Assembly: GCA_963515455.1 (NCBI GenBank)
Contig: CAUPXP010000007.1
Location: 19,879-83,878 of the forward strand
DNA: 64,000 nucleotides
Direction: 5' to 3'
Origin: Streptococcus mitis
GTDB taxonomy: Bacteria > Bacillota > Bacilli > Lactobacillales > Streptococcaceae
The stretch's first letter is position 1, and each line of letters opens with the position of its first letter. Positions 53,685 through 63,139 of this stretch are shown here, in pieces. A model generated the notes under the pieces. The model was given only the letters and a program-made list of their open reading frames with translations, made no database searches and was not told the DNA's origin. The position numbers were made by a program, and so were the translations under genes.

Positions 53685-53874
53685 GGAAAATCTAGCAGAA
53701 CTGGAGACCATTGTCCAAAGTTTGGAAAATGGTGAAATTGCTCTGGAAGATGCGATTGCTGCCTTTCAAAAGGGTATGGTCTTGTCAAAAGAGCTCCAAG
53801 TGACGCTGGACAAGGCTGAAAAGACCTTGGTCAAGGTCATGCAAGAAGACGGAACAGAAAGTGATTTTGAATGA
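53662..53874 (+). CDS. xseB: Exodeoxyribonuclease VII small subunit
   Basis: 70 aa starting [31 protein letters not shown]. Overlaps xseA by 23 nt. Confidence 0.92.
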   Translation: MSKQKKFEENLAELETIVQSLENGEIALEDAIAAFQKGMVLSKELQVTLDKAEKTLVKVMQEDGTESDFE

Positions 53875-54746
53875 AGAAGCAAGAAAAATTAGCTCTTGTT
53901 GAGTCGGCTTTGGAAGATTTTTATGGAGACCAGCAGTTTGCCTTTAGTTTGCGAGAGTCTGTTCTCTATTCCATTCATGCTGGTGGCAAGCGTATTCGAC
54001 CTTTTCTCTTGTTAGAAGTTTTGGAAGCCTTGCATATTGCCATCAAACCTGCTCACGCGCAGGTGGCTGCGGCCTTGGAAATGATTCATACAGGGAGCTT
54101 GATTCACGATGATCTTCCTGCCATGGATGATGACGATTACCGTCGGGGACACTTGACCAACCACAAGAAATTTGGAGAAGCAATGGCAATTTTGGCTGGA
54201 GATGCCTTATTCCTAGATCCTTACGCCTTGATAGCGCAGGCAGATTTGCCAAGTCAGATCAAGGTGGACTTGATTGCCAACTTATCGCTTGCTTCAGGAA
54301 GTCTGGGCATGGTAGCAGGCCAGGTTTTGGACATGGAAGGTGAACACCAGCATTTGTCTTTGGAAGAACTTCAGACCATTCATGCCAATAAGACTGGGAA
54401 ATTACTAGCCTATCCCTTCCAAGCGGCTGCTATCATTGCGGAATTGGCACCTGAAATGCAGGCAAAGCTGAAAACTATTGGGGAATTGATTGGACTTGCT
54501 TTTCAAGTCAGAGATGATGTACTGGATGTGACCGCCAGTTTTGAGGAAATCGGCAAGACGCCTCAAAAGGACTTGCAGGCAGAAAAATCAACCTATCCTG
54601 CCTTGTTGGGCTTGGAAGAGGCCATTGCCTTTTGTAACCAAACTCTGGATCAAGCTAATGCCAAATTAGACGACATTGCCCAGCAGGTTCCCTTTGAAAC
54701 AGAATCGATTGTAAGTGTAGTAGAAAGTTTGAGAATCAATGGCTAA
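53871..54746 (+). CDS. ispA: Farnesyl/geranyl diphosphate synthase
   Basis: 291 aa with the first DDxxD ([17 protein letters not shown]) and second DDxxD (QVRDDVLD) motifs. Confidence 0.92.
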   Translation: MKKQEKLALVESALEDFYGDQQFAFSLRESVLYSIHAGGKRIRPFLLLEVLEALHIAIKPAHAQVAAALEMIHTGSLIHDDLPAMDDDDYRRGHLTNHKKFGEAMAILAGDALFLDPYALIAQADLPSQIKVDLIANLSLASGSLGMVAGQVLDMEGEHQHLSLEELQTIHANKTGKLLAYPFQAAAIIAELAPEMQAKLKTIGELIGLAFQVRDDVLDVTASFEEIGKTPQKDLQAEKSTYPALLGLEEAIAFCNQTLDQANAKLDDIAQQVPFETESIVSVVESLRING

Positions 54747-55554
54747 GGAAAGAGTGGATGTACTAGCTTATAAACAGGGCTTGTTTGAAACGCGAGAACA
54801 AGCCAAACGTGGCGTCATGGCTGGACTAGTCGTTGCAGTCCTGAACGGAGAACGATTTGACAAGCCAGGAGAGAAAATTCCAGATGACACCGAGCTAAAA
54901 CTCAAGGGTGAAAAACTCAAGTATGTCAGCCGTGGTGGCTTGAAATTAGAAAAGGCCTTGCAGGTCTTTGATTTGTCAGTTGATGGGGCGACCACAATTG
55001 ATATCGGTGCTTCTACTGGAGGCTTTACCGATGTCATGTTGCAAAATGGTGCTGAGTTAGTCTTTGCAGTTGATGTTGGTACCAATCAGTTGGCTTGGAA
55101 ATTGCGCCAAGACCCAAGGGTTGTCAGCATGGAGCAGTTTAATTTCCGCTATGCTGAAAAGACTGATTTCGAGCAGGAACCGAGTTTTGCCAGCATTGAC
55201 GTGAGTTTTATTTCCCTCAGTCTGATTCTTCCGGCCTTGCATCGTGTCTTGGCTGAACAAGGTCAGGTCGTGGCTTTGGTTAAGCCCCAGTTTGAGGCAG
55301 GACGTGAGCAGATTGGGAAAAATGGTATTATTCGAGATGCCAAGGTTCACCAAAATGTTCTTGAAGCTGTCACAACCATGGCAGTAGAGGAAGGCTTTTC
55401 AGTCCTTGGTTTGGACTTTTCTCCCATCCAAGGTGGGCATGGAAATATTGAATTTTTAGCGTATTTGAAAAAAGAAGAGTCAGCAAGCAATCAGGTTCTT
55501 GCTGAGATTGAAGAAGTAGTAGAGAGGGCGCATAGTCAATTTAAAAATGAATAA
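54739..55554 (+). CDS. tlyA: TlyA-family rRNA 2'-O-methyltransferase (annotated hemolysin A in streptococci)
   Basis: 271 aa with an N-terminal S4 domain and an FtsJ-like SAM motif (IDIGASTGGFTD). Confidence 0.85.
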   Translation: MAKERVDVLAYKQGLFETREQAKRGVMAGLVVAVLNGERFDKPGEKIPDDTELKLKGEKLKYVSRGGLKLEKALQVFDLSVDGATTIDIGASTGGFTDVMLQNGAELVFAVDVGTNQLAWKLRQDPRVVSMEQFNFRYAEKTDFEQEPSFASIDVSFISLSLILPALHRVLAEQGQVVALVKPQFEAGREQIGKNGIIRDAKVHQNVLEAVTTMAVEEGFSVLGLDFSPIQGGHGNIEFLAYLKKEESASNQVLAEIEEVVERAHSQFKNE

Positions 55555-55978
55555 AAAAGAGAGACTTGAAAAAATTAGACGATTTGTGACAGATTATCAA
55601 ATCGGTACACAAGAAGAAATCGTAGAACATTTGAAAGAGGCTGGCATCACTGCCACTCAGGCAACGGTATCCCGAGATATCAAAGAGCTAGGTATTGTCA
55701 AAATTCCTTTGAGAGACAACACCTATGTCTATGAATTGCCAAAATCAATCGTAAAAAGTTTGCAACTGGCTGAAGACAATATCGAATCGGCAGACTTGAT
55801 GGACAAGATGATCAATCTTCAAGTTATTCCAGGAAATACGGCTTTTGTAAAAGCTCAGTTAACCGAGACGTTTGCGGACAAGATTTTTAGCTGTTTGGCT
55901 GATGATAGCTCGATTTTAGTCATTGCCAGAAGTGAAAGTCTAGCTGAGGAAATCTTTGAACAAGTAAAAAATTGGTAG
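55547..55978 (+). CDS. argR: Arginine repressor family regulator (ArgR/AhrC paralog)
   Basis: 143 aa with wHTH TQATVSRDIKELGI. Embedded in the tlyA-argR-recN operon. Confidence 0.85.
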   Translation: MNKKERLEKIRRFVTDYQIGTQEEIVEHLKEAGITATQATVSRDIKELGIVKIPLRDNTYVYELPKSIVKSLQLAEDNIESADLMDKMINLQVIPGNTAFVKAQLTETFADKIFSCLADDSSILVIARSESLAEEIFEQVKNW

Positions 55979-55984
55979 GTCTAT

Positions 55985-57652
55985 ATGTTACTTGAAATTT
56001 CGATAAAAAACTTTGCCATTATTGAGGCTATTTCCCTTAATTTTGAAAAGGGGATGACTGTCCTGACTGGTGAAACGGGTGCAGGGAAGTCGATTATCAT
56101 TGATGCCATGAATATGATGTTGGGAGCTCGTGCGACGACAGATGTTATTCGTCATGGTGCGCCAAAGGCAGAGATAGAGGGGCTTTTCTCAGTTGAGAAT
56201 AGTCGCCTTTTACAGGAAATTTTTGATGAGCAAGGTTTGGAATTGGGTGATGAAATCATCATCCGTCGGGAAATCTTGCAAAATGGTAGGAGTATCAGCC
56301 GTGTGAATGGCCAGATGGTCAATCTGTCTGTTTTGCGTGCTATTGGGCAACATCTGGTGGATATACATGGTCAGCATGACCAAGAAGAGTTAATGCGTCC
56401 CCAACTGCATATCCAGATGTTGGATGAATTTGGCGATGCAGCTTTTTGGGCCTTGAAAGAAACCTATCAAACGAGTTTTGATGCCTATCGAAAAATGCGC
56501 AAGCAGGTTCTGGAAGTCAAGAAAAACCAACAGGAACACAAGGCACGTATTGAAATGTTGGAATTTCAAATGGCAGAGATTGAGGCAGCAAACTTACATG
56601 CTGGAGAAGATCTGGCTCTCAATCAAGAGCGAGAGAAACTCCTCAACCATAAAAATATTGCGGATACACTGACCAATGCCTACAGCATGTTGGACAATGA
56701 CGATTTTTCAAGTCTGGCCAATGTTCGTTCGGCCATGAATGACATGGAAAGTGTTGAAGAGTACGACCCGGAATATCGTGAAATTTCAAGCTCACTATCT
56801 GAGACCTACTATGTCTTAGAAGACATTAGCAAACGTCTGGAAGCTATTATTGAGGACCTTGATTTTGACGGCAATCGTCTTATGCAGGTCGAGAATCGCT
56901 TGGATCTCCTTCATACCATTACCCGTAAGTATGGTGGGACTGTAGACGATGTCTTGCTTTATTTTGCCAAAATTACAGAAGAATACAATCTCCTGACAGG
57001 CAATAATCTTTCTTCTGAAGACATGGAAGCAGAGCTCAAGAAATTAGAAGTCAATCTTGTTGATTTGGCAGGTCAGCTTGCATCTGCTCGTCATGATTTG
57101 GCCCAGCAGCTAGAAGCAGAGATTAAACAAGAACTGCAAGACCTCTATATGGAAAAAACCCAGTTTCAGGTTCGTTTTAGCAAGGGAAAATTCAGTCGTG
57201 AGGGAAATGAAATGGTCGAGTTTTACATTTCAACCAACCCTGGCGAAGACTTTAAACCCTTGGTTAAGGTTGCGTCTGGTGGGGAATTATCCCGTCTCAT
57301 GCTAGCCATTAAGTCTGCCTTTTCACGTAAAGAAGGCAAGACCAGCATAGTCTTTGATGAGGTGGATACAGGAGTTTCAGGCCGTGTAGCTCAGGCTATT
57401 GCACAGAAGATTCACAAGATTGGCCAGCATGGTCAGGTTCTGGCTATTTCCCATTTGCCACAAGTGATTGCGATTGCGGATTATCAATTCTTTATTGAGA
57501 AGATTAGCAATGACCATTCAACAGTTTCGACTGTTCGTCTTTTGACGGTTGAAGAGCGAGTGGAAGAAGTTGCTAAGATGTTGGCAGGTGATGATGTGAC
57601 GGAAGCAGCCCTGACGCAAGCCAGAGAATTGTTGAGAAACAGGGAGAAATAA
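55985..57652 (+). CDS. recN: DNA repair protein RecN
   Basis: 555 aa with Walker A GETGAGKS, a coiled-coil middle, SMC signature SGGELSR and Walker B IVFDEVD. Confidence 0.95.
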   Translation: MLLEISIKNFAIIEAISLNFEKGMTVLTGETGAGKSIIIDAMNMMLGARATTDVIRHGAPKAEIEGLFSVENSRLLQEIFDEQGLELGDEIIIRREILQNGRSISRVNGQMVNLSVLRAIGQHLVDIHGQHDQEELMRPQLHIQMLDEFGDAAFWALKETYQTSFDAYRKMRKQVLEVKKNQQEHKARIEMLEFQMAEIEAANLHAGEDLALNQEREKLLNHKNIADTLTNAYSMLDNDDFSSLANVRSAMNDMESVEEYDPEYREISSSLSETYYVLEDISKRLEAIIEDLDFDGNRLMQVENRLDLLHTITRKYGGTVDDVLLYFAKITEEYNLLTGNNLSSEDMEAELKKLEVNLVDLAGQLASARHDLAQQLEAEIKQELQDLYMEKTQFQVRFSKGKFSREGNEMVEFYISTNPGEDFKPLVKVASGGELSRLMLAIKSAFSRKEGKTSIVFDEVDTGVSGRVAQAIAQKIHKIGQHGQVLAISHLPQVIAIADYQFFIEKISNDHSTVSTVRLLTVEERVEEVAKMLAGDDVTEAALTQARELLRNREK

Positions 57653-57653
57653 G

Positions 57654-58382
57654 ATGACAGACTATTATGTAATTGGAGATGTTCATGGAAAAGCTGGGAT
57701 GCTAGAAGACCTTCTCAAAACCTGGGATGGTCAGACCCAGTTGCTCTTTCTAGGGGACTTGATTGATCGTGGTGAAGATAGTCGCCGTGTCCTTGAAATG
57801 GTCAAGGACTTGGTTGACAATCAAGGGGCTATCTGTTTGTCAGGAAATCACGAGTATATGTTTTTGACTTGGCTAGATGACCCAGAAGAAAGCTATGACC
57901 ACTATCGTCGCAATGGTGGAGATACAACCATTAACTCTATCCTAGGTCGTCCCTTGGATGCACCAGTTGATGGGGTTGAAGATGCCAAGCGTGTTGCTAC
58001 TGAAGCGGCAGATTTGGTCGAATTTATTCGTCAAATGCCATTTGTTGTAGAGACAGATAAGTATATCTTCGTTCACGCAGGTATTGATTTAACTTTGGAT
58101 GACTGGCATGAAACCACAGATTATAAAAAAGTCTGGCTTAGAAAACCATTCCACGAAGCAGAAAATCATACTGAAAAAATCATTGTCTTTGGGCATACAC
58201 CAGTTTATGGTTTGCTGAAGCAAGAGCGTGGTACTGCTGAGCTTTGGACTACAGAAGATGGCAAGATTGGGATGGATGGAGGAGCTGTTTATGGTGGTGT
58301 CCTTCATGGGATTGTCTTTACAGACCAAGGAATGACAGAACACCACTTTATCGAAAATGACGGCTTTGTCGCTGAAGATTAG
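57654..58382 (+). CDS. Metallophosphoesterase (PPP-family Ser/Thr phosphatase / ApaH-PrpE-like)
   Basis: GDVHG, GDLIDRG and GNHE motifs in canonical order. Confidence 0.85.
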   Translation: MTDYYVIGDVHGKAGMLEDLLKTWDGQTQLLFLGDLIDRGEDSRRVLEMVKDLVDNQGAICLSGNHEYMFLTWLDDPEESYDHYRRNGGDTTINSILGRPLDAPVDGVEDAKRVATEAADLVEFIRQMPFVVETDKYIFVHAGIDLTLDDWHETTDYKKVWLRKPFHEAENHTEKIIVFGHTPVYGLLKQERGTAELWTTEDGKIGMDGGAVYGGVLHGIVFTDQGMTEHHFIENDGFVAED

Positions 58383-58460
58383 TACTCCTAGCAGGGTATG
58401 GTCTTGTCAAAATGTCAAAAACAATTTATAATAAATAGATACCCTGAAAGGAAGAGAATC

Positions 58461-60284
58461 ATGAACTTAGAAGAATTGAAAAAACGACAGGAGAAGATCC
58501 GTAACTTCTCTATTATCGCCCATATTGATCACGGGAAGTCGACTCTAGCAGACCGCATTTTGGAAAAAACAGAGACAGTTTCAAGTCGTGAAATGCAGGC
58601 CCAACTTTTGGATAGTATGGATTTAGAGCGGGAACGTGGGATTACCATTAAGTTGAATGCCATTGAGCTGAATTACACTGCAAAAGATGGGGAAACTTAT
58701 ATTTTTCACTTGATTGATACACCAGGACACGTTGACTTTACCTATGAAGTTTCCCGTTCGCTAGCTGCCTGTGAGGGAGCGATTTTGGTGGTCGATGCTG
58801 CCCAAGGGATTGAGGCTCAAACCCTTGCCAACGTTTATCTGGCTTTGGATAATGATTTGGAAATCATGCCAGTCATTAACAAGATTGACCTGCCGGCTGC
58901 AGACCCTGAGCGCGTGCGTACTGAGATTGAGGATGTCATTGGTTTGGATGCCAGTGAAGCAGTATTGGCTTCTGCCAAGGCTGGTATCGGTATCGAAGAA
59001 ATCCTCGAGCAAATTGTAGAAAAAGTACCAGCGCCAACAGGTGATGTGACGGCGTCACTTAAGGCCTTGATTTTCGACTCTGTTTACGATGCCTACCGTG
59101 GGGTTATCCTCCAAGTGCGTGTCATGGACGGAGTGGTCAAACCTGGCGATAAGATTCAGCTCATGAGCAATGGCAAGACCTTTGATGTTACGGAAGTCGG
59201 TATTTTTACTCCGAAAGCAGTTGGTCGTGATTTCCTTGCGACTGGTGACGTTGGTTATATTGCAGCTTCTATTAAGACGGTTCAGGATACTCGTGTGGGT
59301 GATACAGTTACTTTGGCAACCAATCCTGCGGCAGAGCCATTACATGGCTACAAGCAGATGAATCCTATGGTCTTTGCGGGTCTCTACCCAATCGAATCAA
59401 ACAAGTACAATGACCTGCGTGAAGCGCTTGAAAAATTGCAACTGAATGATGCTAGTCTCCAATTTGAACCAGAAACATCTCAGGCACTTGGATTTGGTTT
59501 CCGTTGTGGTTTCCTTGGACTTCTTCATATGGATGTTATCCAAGAACGTTTGGAACGTGAGTTCAACATCGACCTCATCATGACAGCTCCGTCTGTTATC
59601 TATAAGGTTAATTTGACTGACGGTGAGTCTATGGATGTGTCCAACCCGTCTGAGTTTCCAGACCCAACCAAGATTGCGACCATTGAGGAGCCTTATGTTA
59701 AGGCGCAGATCATGGTACCACAGGAGTTCGTCGGGGCAGTAATGGAATTAGCTCAGCGCAAGCGTGGTGACTTTGTGACTATGGACTATATTGATGATAA
59801 CCGTGTCAATGTTATCTATCAAATTCCGCTGGCTGAAATCGTCTTCGACTTCTTTGATAAACTCAAATCTTCGACACGTGGTTATGCAAGTTTTGACTAC
59901 GAATTGTCAGAGTATCGCCCATCTAAGCTGGTGAAAATGGATATCCTTCTCAATGGAGACAAGGTGGATGCCCTCAGTTTTATCGTTCACAAGGACTTTG
60001 CCTACGAACGCGGAAAACTCATCGTTGATAAGCTTAAGAAAATCATCCCTCGTCAACAATTTGAGGTGCCAATTCAAGCAGCTATTGGACACAAGATTGT
60101 GGCTCGTACTGATATCAAGGCCCTTCGTAAGAACGTACTTGCTAAATGTTATGGTGGTGACGTTTCTCGTAAACGCAAACTCCTTGAAAAACAAAAAGCT
60201 GGTAAGAAACGCATGAAAGCCATCGGATCAGTAGAAGTCCCACAAGAAGCCTTCCTCAGCGTCTTGAGTATGGATGAAGAATAA
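58461..60284 (+). CDS. lepA: Elongation factor 4 (LepA)
   Basis: 607 aa from [31 protein letters not shown] 58461 follows AAGGAAGAG; the track extension from 58398 is unsupported. Confidence 0.97.
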   Translation: MNLEELKKRQEKIRNFSIIAHIDHGKSTLADRILEKTETVSSREMQAQLLDSMDLERERGITIKLNAIELNYTAKDGETYIFHLIDTPGHVDFTYEVSRSLAACEGAILVVDAAQGIEAQTLANVYLALDNDLEIMPVINKIDLPAADPERVRTEIEDVIGLDASEAVLASAKAGIGIEEILEQIVEKVPAPTGDVTASLKALIFDSVYDAYRGVILQVRVMDGVVKPGDKIQLMSNGKTFDVTEVGIFTPKAVGRDFLATGDVGYIAASIKTVQDTRVGDTVTLATNPAAEPLHGYKQMNPMVFAGLYPIESNKYNDLREALEKLQLNDASLQFEPETSQALGFGFRCGFLGLLHMDVIQERLEREFNIDLIMTAPSVIYKVNLTDGESMDVSNPSEFPDPTKIATIEEPYVKAQIMVPQEFVGAVMELAQRKRGDFVTMDYIDDNRVNVIYQIPLAEIVFDFFDKLKSSTRGYASFDYELSEYRPSKLVKMDILLNGDKVDALSFIVHKDFAYERGKLIVDKLKKIIPRQQFEVPIQAAIGHKIVARTDIKALRKNVLAKCYGGDVSRKRKLLEKQKAGKKRMKAIGSVEVPQEAFLSVLSMDEE

Positions 60285-60340
60285 GTTGTCATAATTTCTT
60301 TTCCTTGTTCACAGGAAATTTATATAAGAATCAATAGAAA

Positions 60341-60367
60341 AGCAGGCTTAAATGGTCTGCTTTTTTA
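60341..60367 (+). terminator. lepA intrinsic terminator
   Basis: Stem AGCAGGC/GTCTGCT (one G-U pair), followed by a T-run. Confidence 0.75.
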
Positions 60368-60480
60368 GTTTCTAGAACAGAAAAAATGCTGGTAGTATTT
60401 GTTTGTGTGTTTATTTTTATATAACAAACTATAAACACAACAAAAATATAAAAAAAGAGACAAAAATCAACAGAAAATTA

Positions 60481-60509
60481 TTGACAACGATTTCATATAG
60501 TGTTATACT
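60481..60509 (+). promoter_or_regulatory. Promoter of the galactitol-type PTS operon, with a cre-like site overlapping the -35
   Basis: TTGACA at 60481-60486, a 17-nt spacer (its last 3 nt are the TGt extension), and extended -10 TGtTATACT at 60501-60509. TTGACAACGATTTCAT (60481-60496) resembles the CcpA cre consensus. Confidence 0.6.
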
Positions 60510-60545
60510 TATGACATAAAGTTAATGGAAAGAAGGGAAAACCTT

Positions 60546-61022
60546 ATGGGATTAGATCATTTCTTTGACAAAAACCTTGTGTTTTGCTTAGAAGCGAATA
60601 ATCAAGAACATCTCTTTGATCAGGTTGCAACTTTATTGGAAGAACGAGAAATCGTAACTCCAACCTATCGTGAAGCCTTGATCACGCGTGAAAAGTCATT
60701 TCCAACTGGCTTAGATATGGAATTTTTGGGTAAGGATTTGCCGAATGTAGCTATTCCTCACACAGATATTGTTCATAATCTGGCTGAAAAAGTTGTGGTC
60801 GTTCGATTAGAGAAACCGGTGACTTTCCACAATATGATTGCGCCGGATAAGGAAGTAGAAGTATCTTTACTCTTCTTTATCATTAATAACTCAAGTTCAA
60901 GTCAAACGAATATTCTTGCTCAGTTGATGGACTTCTTCACAGGAAATGGTCATCTTGAAGACCTATCAAAAATTTCTGAACCAGAAGCCCTCTATGCTTA
61001 TATCGCTGAAGCAATCGCTTAA
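60546..61022 (+). CDS. PTS EIIA component (galactitol/fructose-mannitol type)
   Basis: PTS_EIIA_2-like core IAIPHTD (phospho-His context). The ATG 60546 start (8 nt after GAAGGG) is preferred to 60525. Confidence 0.8.
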   Translation: MGLDHFFDKNLVFCLEANNQEHLFDQVATLLEEREIVTPTYREALITREKSFPTGLDMEFLGKDLPNVAIPHTDIVHNLAEKVVVVRLEKPVTFHNMIAPDKEVEVSLLFFIINNSSSSQTNILAQLMDFFTGNGHLEDLSKISEPEALYAYIAEAIA

Positions 61023-61060
61023 TCTTGTCTATTAAAAATATTAAATCGGAGGAGATCCAT

Positions 61061-61366
61061 ATGATTAAAATTCTTGCTGCCTGCGGTGCAGGTGTTAACT
61101 CAAGCCACCAAATTAAAAGTGCTCTTGAAGAAGAACTTTCAAACCGTGGTTACGATGTGCACTGTGATGCAGTCATGGTCAAAGACGTTAACGAAGACCT
61201 TATCAAAGGTTATGACATCTTCACACCAATTGCTGCGACAGACCTTGGTTTTGACCCAGGTATTCCAGTTATCGAAGCTGGACCAATCTTATTCCGTATC
61301 CCAGCTATGAGTGCTCCAGTATATGATAATATTGAAGCAGCCATTAAAGAACACGGGTTAAGCTAA
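61061..61366 (+). CDS. PTS EIIB component (galactitol type)
   Basis: 101 aa starting MIKILAACGAGVNSS, with the active-site Cys near the N-terminus. RBS GGAGGAG. Confidence 0.85.
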   Translation: MIKILAACGAGVNSSHQIKSALEEELSNRGYDVHCDAVMVKDVNEDLIKGYDIFTPIAATDLGFDPGIPVIEAGPILFRIPAMSAPVYDNIEAAIKEHGLS

Positions 61367-61413
61367 TTTTAATTTGTTAACATTCATATAACATAAAAAA
61401 GGGAGGAACTGTT

Positions 61414-62889
61414 ATGGATGCAATCTTTGACCTAATCAAAAAGGTTTTCACGCCCGTCTTAGATATGGGTGGACCTGTCATCATGTTAATCATTTTGACA
61501 GTATTGGCTTTACTTTTTGGAGTGAAATTCTCCAAAGCGCTTGAAGGTGGTATCAAACTTGCCATCGCTCTTACTGGTATCGGAGCTATCATCGGTATGC
61601 TCAATGGTGCTTTCTCAGCATCACTTGCAAAATTCGTTGAAAACACAGGTATCCAATTAAGTATCACTGACGTTGGTTGGGCACCACTTGCTACAATCAC
61701 TTGGGGATCTGCTTGGACACTATACTTCTTGCTCATCATGTTGATTGTCAACGTAGTGATGCTTGCTATGAAGAAAACCGATACACTTGATGTCGATATC
61801 TTCGATATCTGGCACTTGTCTATCACAGGTCTTTTGATTAAATGGTATGCTGATAACAACGGTGTGAGCCAAGGGGTTTCACTCTTGATTGCTACAGCAG
61901 CTATCGTCCTTGTCGGTGTGTTGAAAATTATCAACTCTGACTTGATGAAACCTACATTTGATGACCTTCTTAACGCACCAAGTTCATCACCAATGACATC
62001 AACTCACATGAACTACATGATGAACCCAGTTATCATGGTTTTGGATAAGATTTTTGAAAAATTCTTCCCAGGTCTTGATAAATACGACTTTGACGCCGCA
62101 AAATTGAACAAGAAAATCGGTTTCTGGGGTTCTAAATTCTTTATCGGTTTCATCCTTGGTATCGTTATCGGTATTATGGGAACTCCACATCCAATTGCAG
62201 GGGTTGAAGATGCAGATAAATGGCGTCTTGTTATCAGAGGATGGTTGTCTCTTGGTTTGACTGCCGGTGTATCTTTGGAACTCTTCTCACTTATCGGTTC
62301 ATGGTTCATCGCAGCCGTAGAACCACTTTCACAAGGTATTACAAACGTTGCTACTAAACGTCTTCAAGGACGTAAATTCAACATCGGTCTTGACTGGCCA
62401 TTCATCGCTGGTCGTGCTGAAATCTGGGCTTGTGCCAACGTACTTGCACCAATTATGTTGATTGAAGCAGTGCTTCTTTCAAAAGTCGGAAATGGTATCT
62501 TGCCACTTGCAGGTATCATCGCTATGGGTGTTACTCCAGCTCTCTTGGTTGTAACTCGTGGTAAATTGCTCCGTATGATCATCTTTGGAACACTCTTGTT
62601 GCCACTCTTCCTTCTTTCAGGTACACTTATCGCACCATTTGCAACAGAACTTGCTAAAGGTGTAGGTGCCTTCCCAGCAGGTGTGAGTGAAACTCAATTG
62701 ATTACTCACTCTACTCTTGAAGGACCAATCGAAAAACTTCTTGGTTGGACAATTGGTAACACTACAACTGGTGATATCAAAGCAATCCTTGGTGCTGTAG
62801 TCTTCCTTGTATTCTATATCGGTATCTTTGCTTGGTACAGAAAACAAATGATCAAACGTAACGAAGAGTACGCAGCAAAAGCAAAATAA
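61414..62889 (+). CDS. PTS EIIC permease (galactitol type, GatC family)
   Basis: 491 aa polytopic membrane protein directly downstream of IIA/IIB. RBS GGGAGGA. Confidence 0.88.
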   Translation: MDAIFDLIKKVFTPVLDMGGPVIMLIILTVLALLFGVKFSKALEGGIKLAIALTGIGAIIGMLNGAFSASLAKFVENTGIQLSITDVGWAPLATITWGSAWTLYFLLIMLIVNVVMLAMKKTDTLDVDIFDIWHLSITGLLIKWYADNNGVSQGVSLLIATAAIVLVGVLKIINSDLMKPTFDDLLNAPSSSPMTSTHMNYMMNPVIMVLDKIFEKFFPGLDKYDFDAAKLNKKIGFWGSKFFIGFILGIVIGIMGTPHPIAGVEDADKWRLVIRGWLSLGLTAGVSLELFSLIGSWFIAAVEPLSQGITNVATKRLQGRKFNIGLDWPFIAGRAEIWACANVLAPIMLIEAVLLSKVGNGILPLAGIIAMGVTPALLVVTRGKLLRMIIFGTLLLPLFLLSGTLIAPFATELAKGVGAFPAGVSETQLITHSTLEGPIEKLLGWTIGNTTTGDIKAILGAVVFLVFYIGIFAWYRKQMIKRNEEYAAKAK

Positions 62890-62904
62890 TGCGCTCCTAT
62901 AAAA

Positions 62905-63060
62905 TGTAAGCTCAATGAAAATCAAAGAGCAAACTAGGAAGCTAGCCGCAGGTTGCTCAAAATACAGTTTTGAGGTTGTAGATAAGACTGACGAAGTCAG
63001 TGACCATATCTACGGCAAGGTGACGCTGACGAAGTTTGAATTGGATTTTCGCAGAGTGTA
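62905..63060 (-). repeat. BOX element (boxA-boxB-boxC read on the minus strand)
   Basis: Minus-strand reading gives boxA-like CACTCTGCGAAAATCCAATTCAAACTTCGTCAGCGTCACCTTGCCGTAGATATGG. It also gives boxB-like CTGACTTCGTCAGTCTTATCTACAACCTCAAAACTGTATTTTGAGC and boxC-like TGCGGCTAGCTTCCTAGTTTGCTCTTTGATTTTCATTGAG. Confidence 0.85.
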
Positions 63061-63069
63061 AATTGTTGA

Positions 63070-63112
63070 AACTAGGTTGTCATACCATTAGGAGTGACAG
63101 CCTAGTTTTTTA
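63070..63112 (+). terminator. Intrinsic terminator downstream of the PTS operon and BOX element
   Basis: 13-bp stem AACTAGGTTGTCA/TGACAGCCTAGTT (one G-U pair), followed by a T6 run. Confidence 0.85.
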
Positions 63113-63139
63113 TAAACTATCAAGAAATCGGAGAAAATA

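Noticed and set aside
61377-61934. 185-aa minus-strand ORF overlapping the PTS EIIC gene. Other long antisense ORFs: 37019..37414, 50608..51072, 52539..53045, 10808..11197.
   Set aside because: All are contained within strongly supported genes on the opposite strand and translate to low-information sequence.
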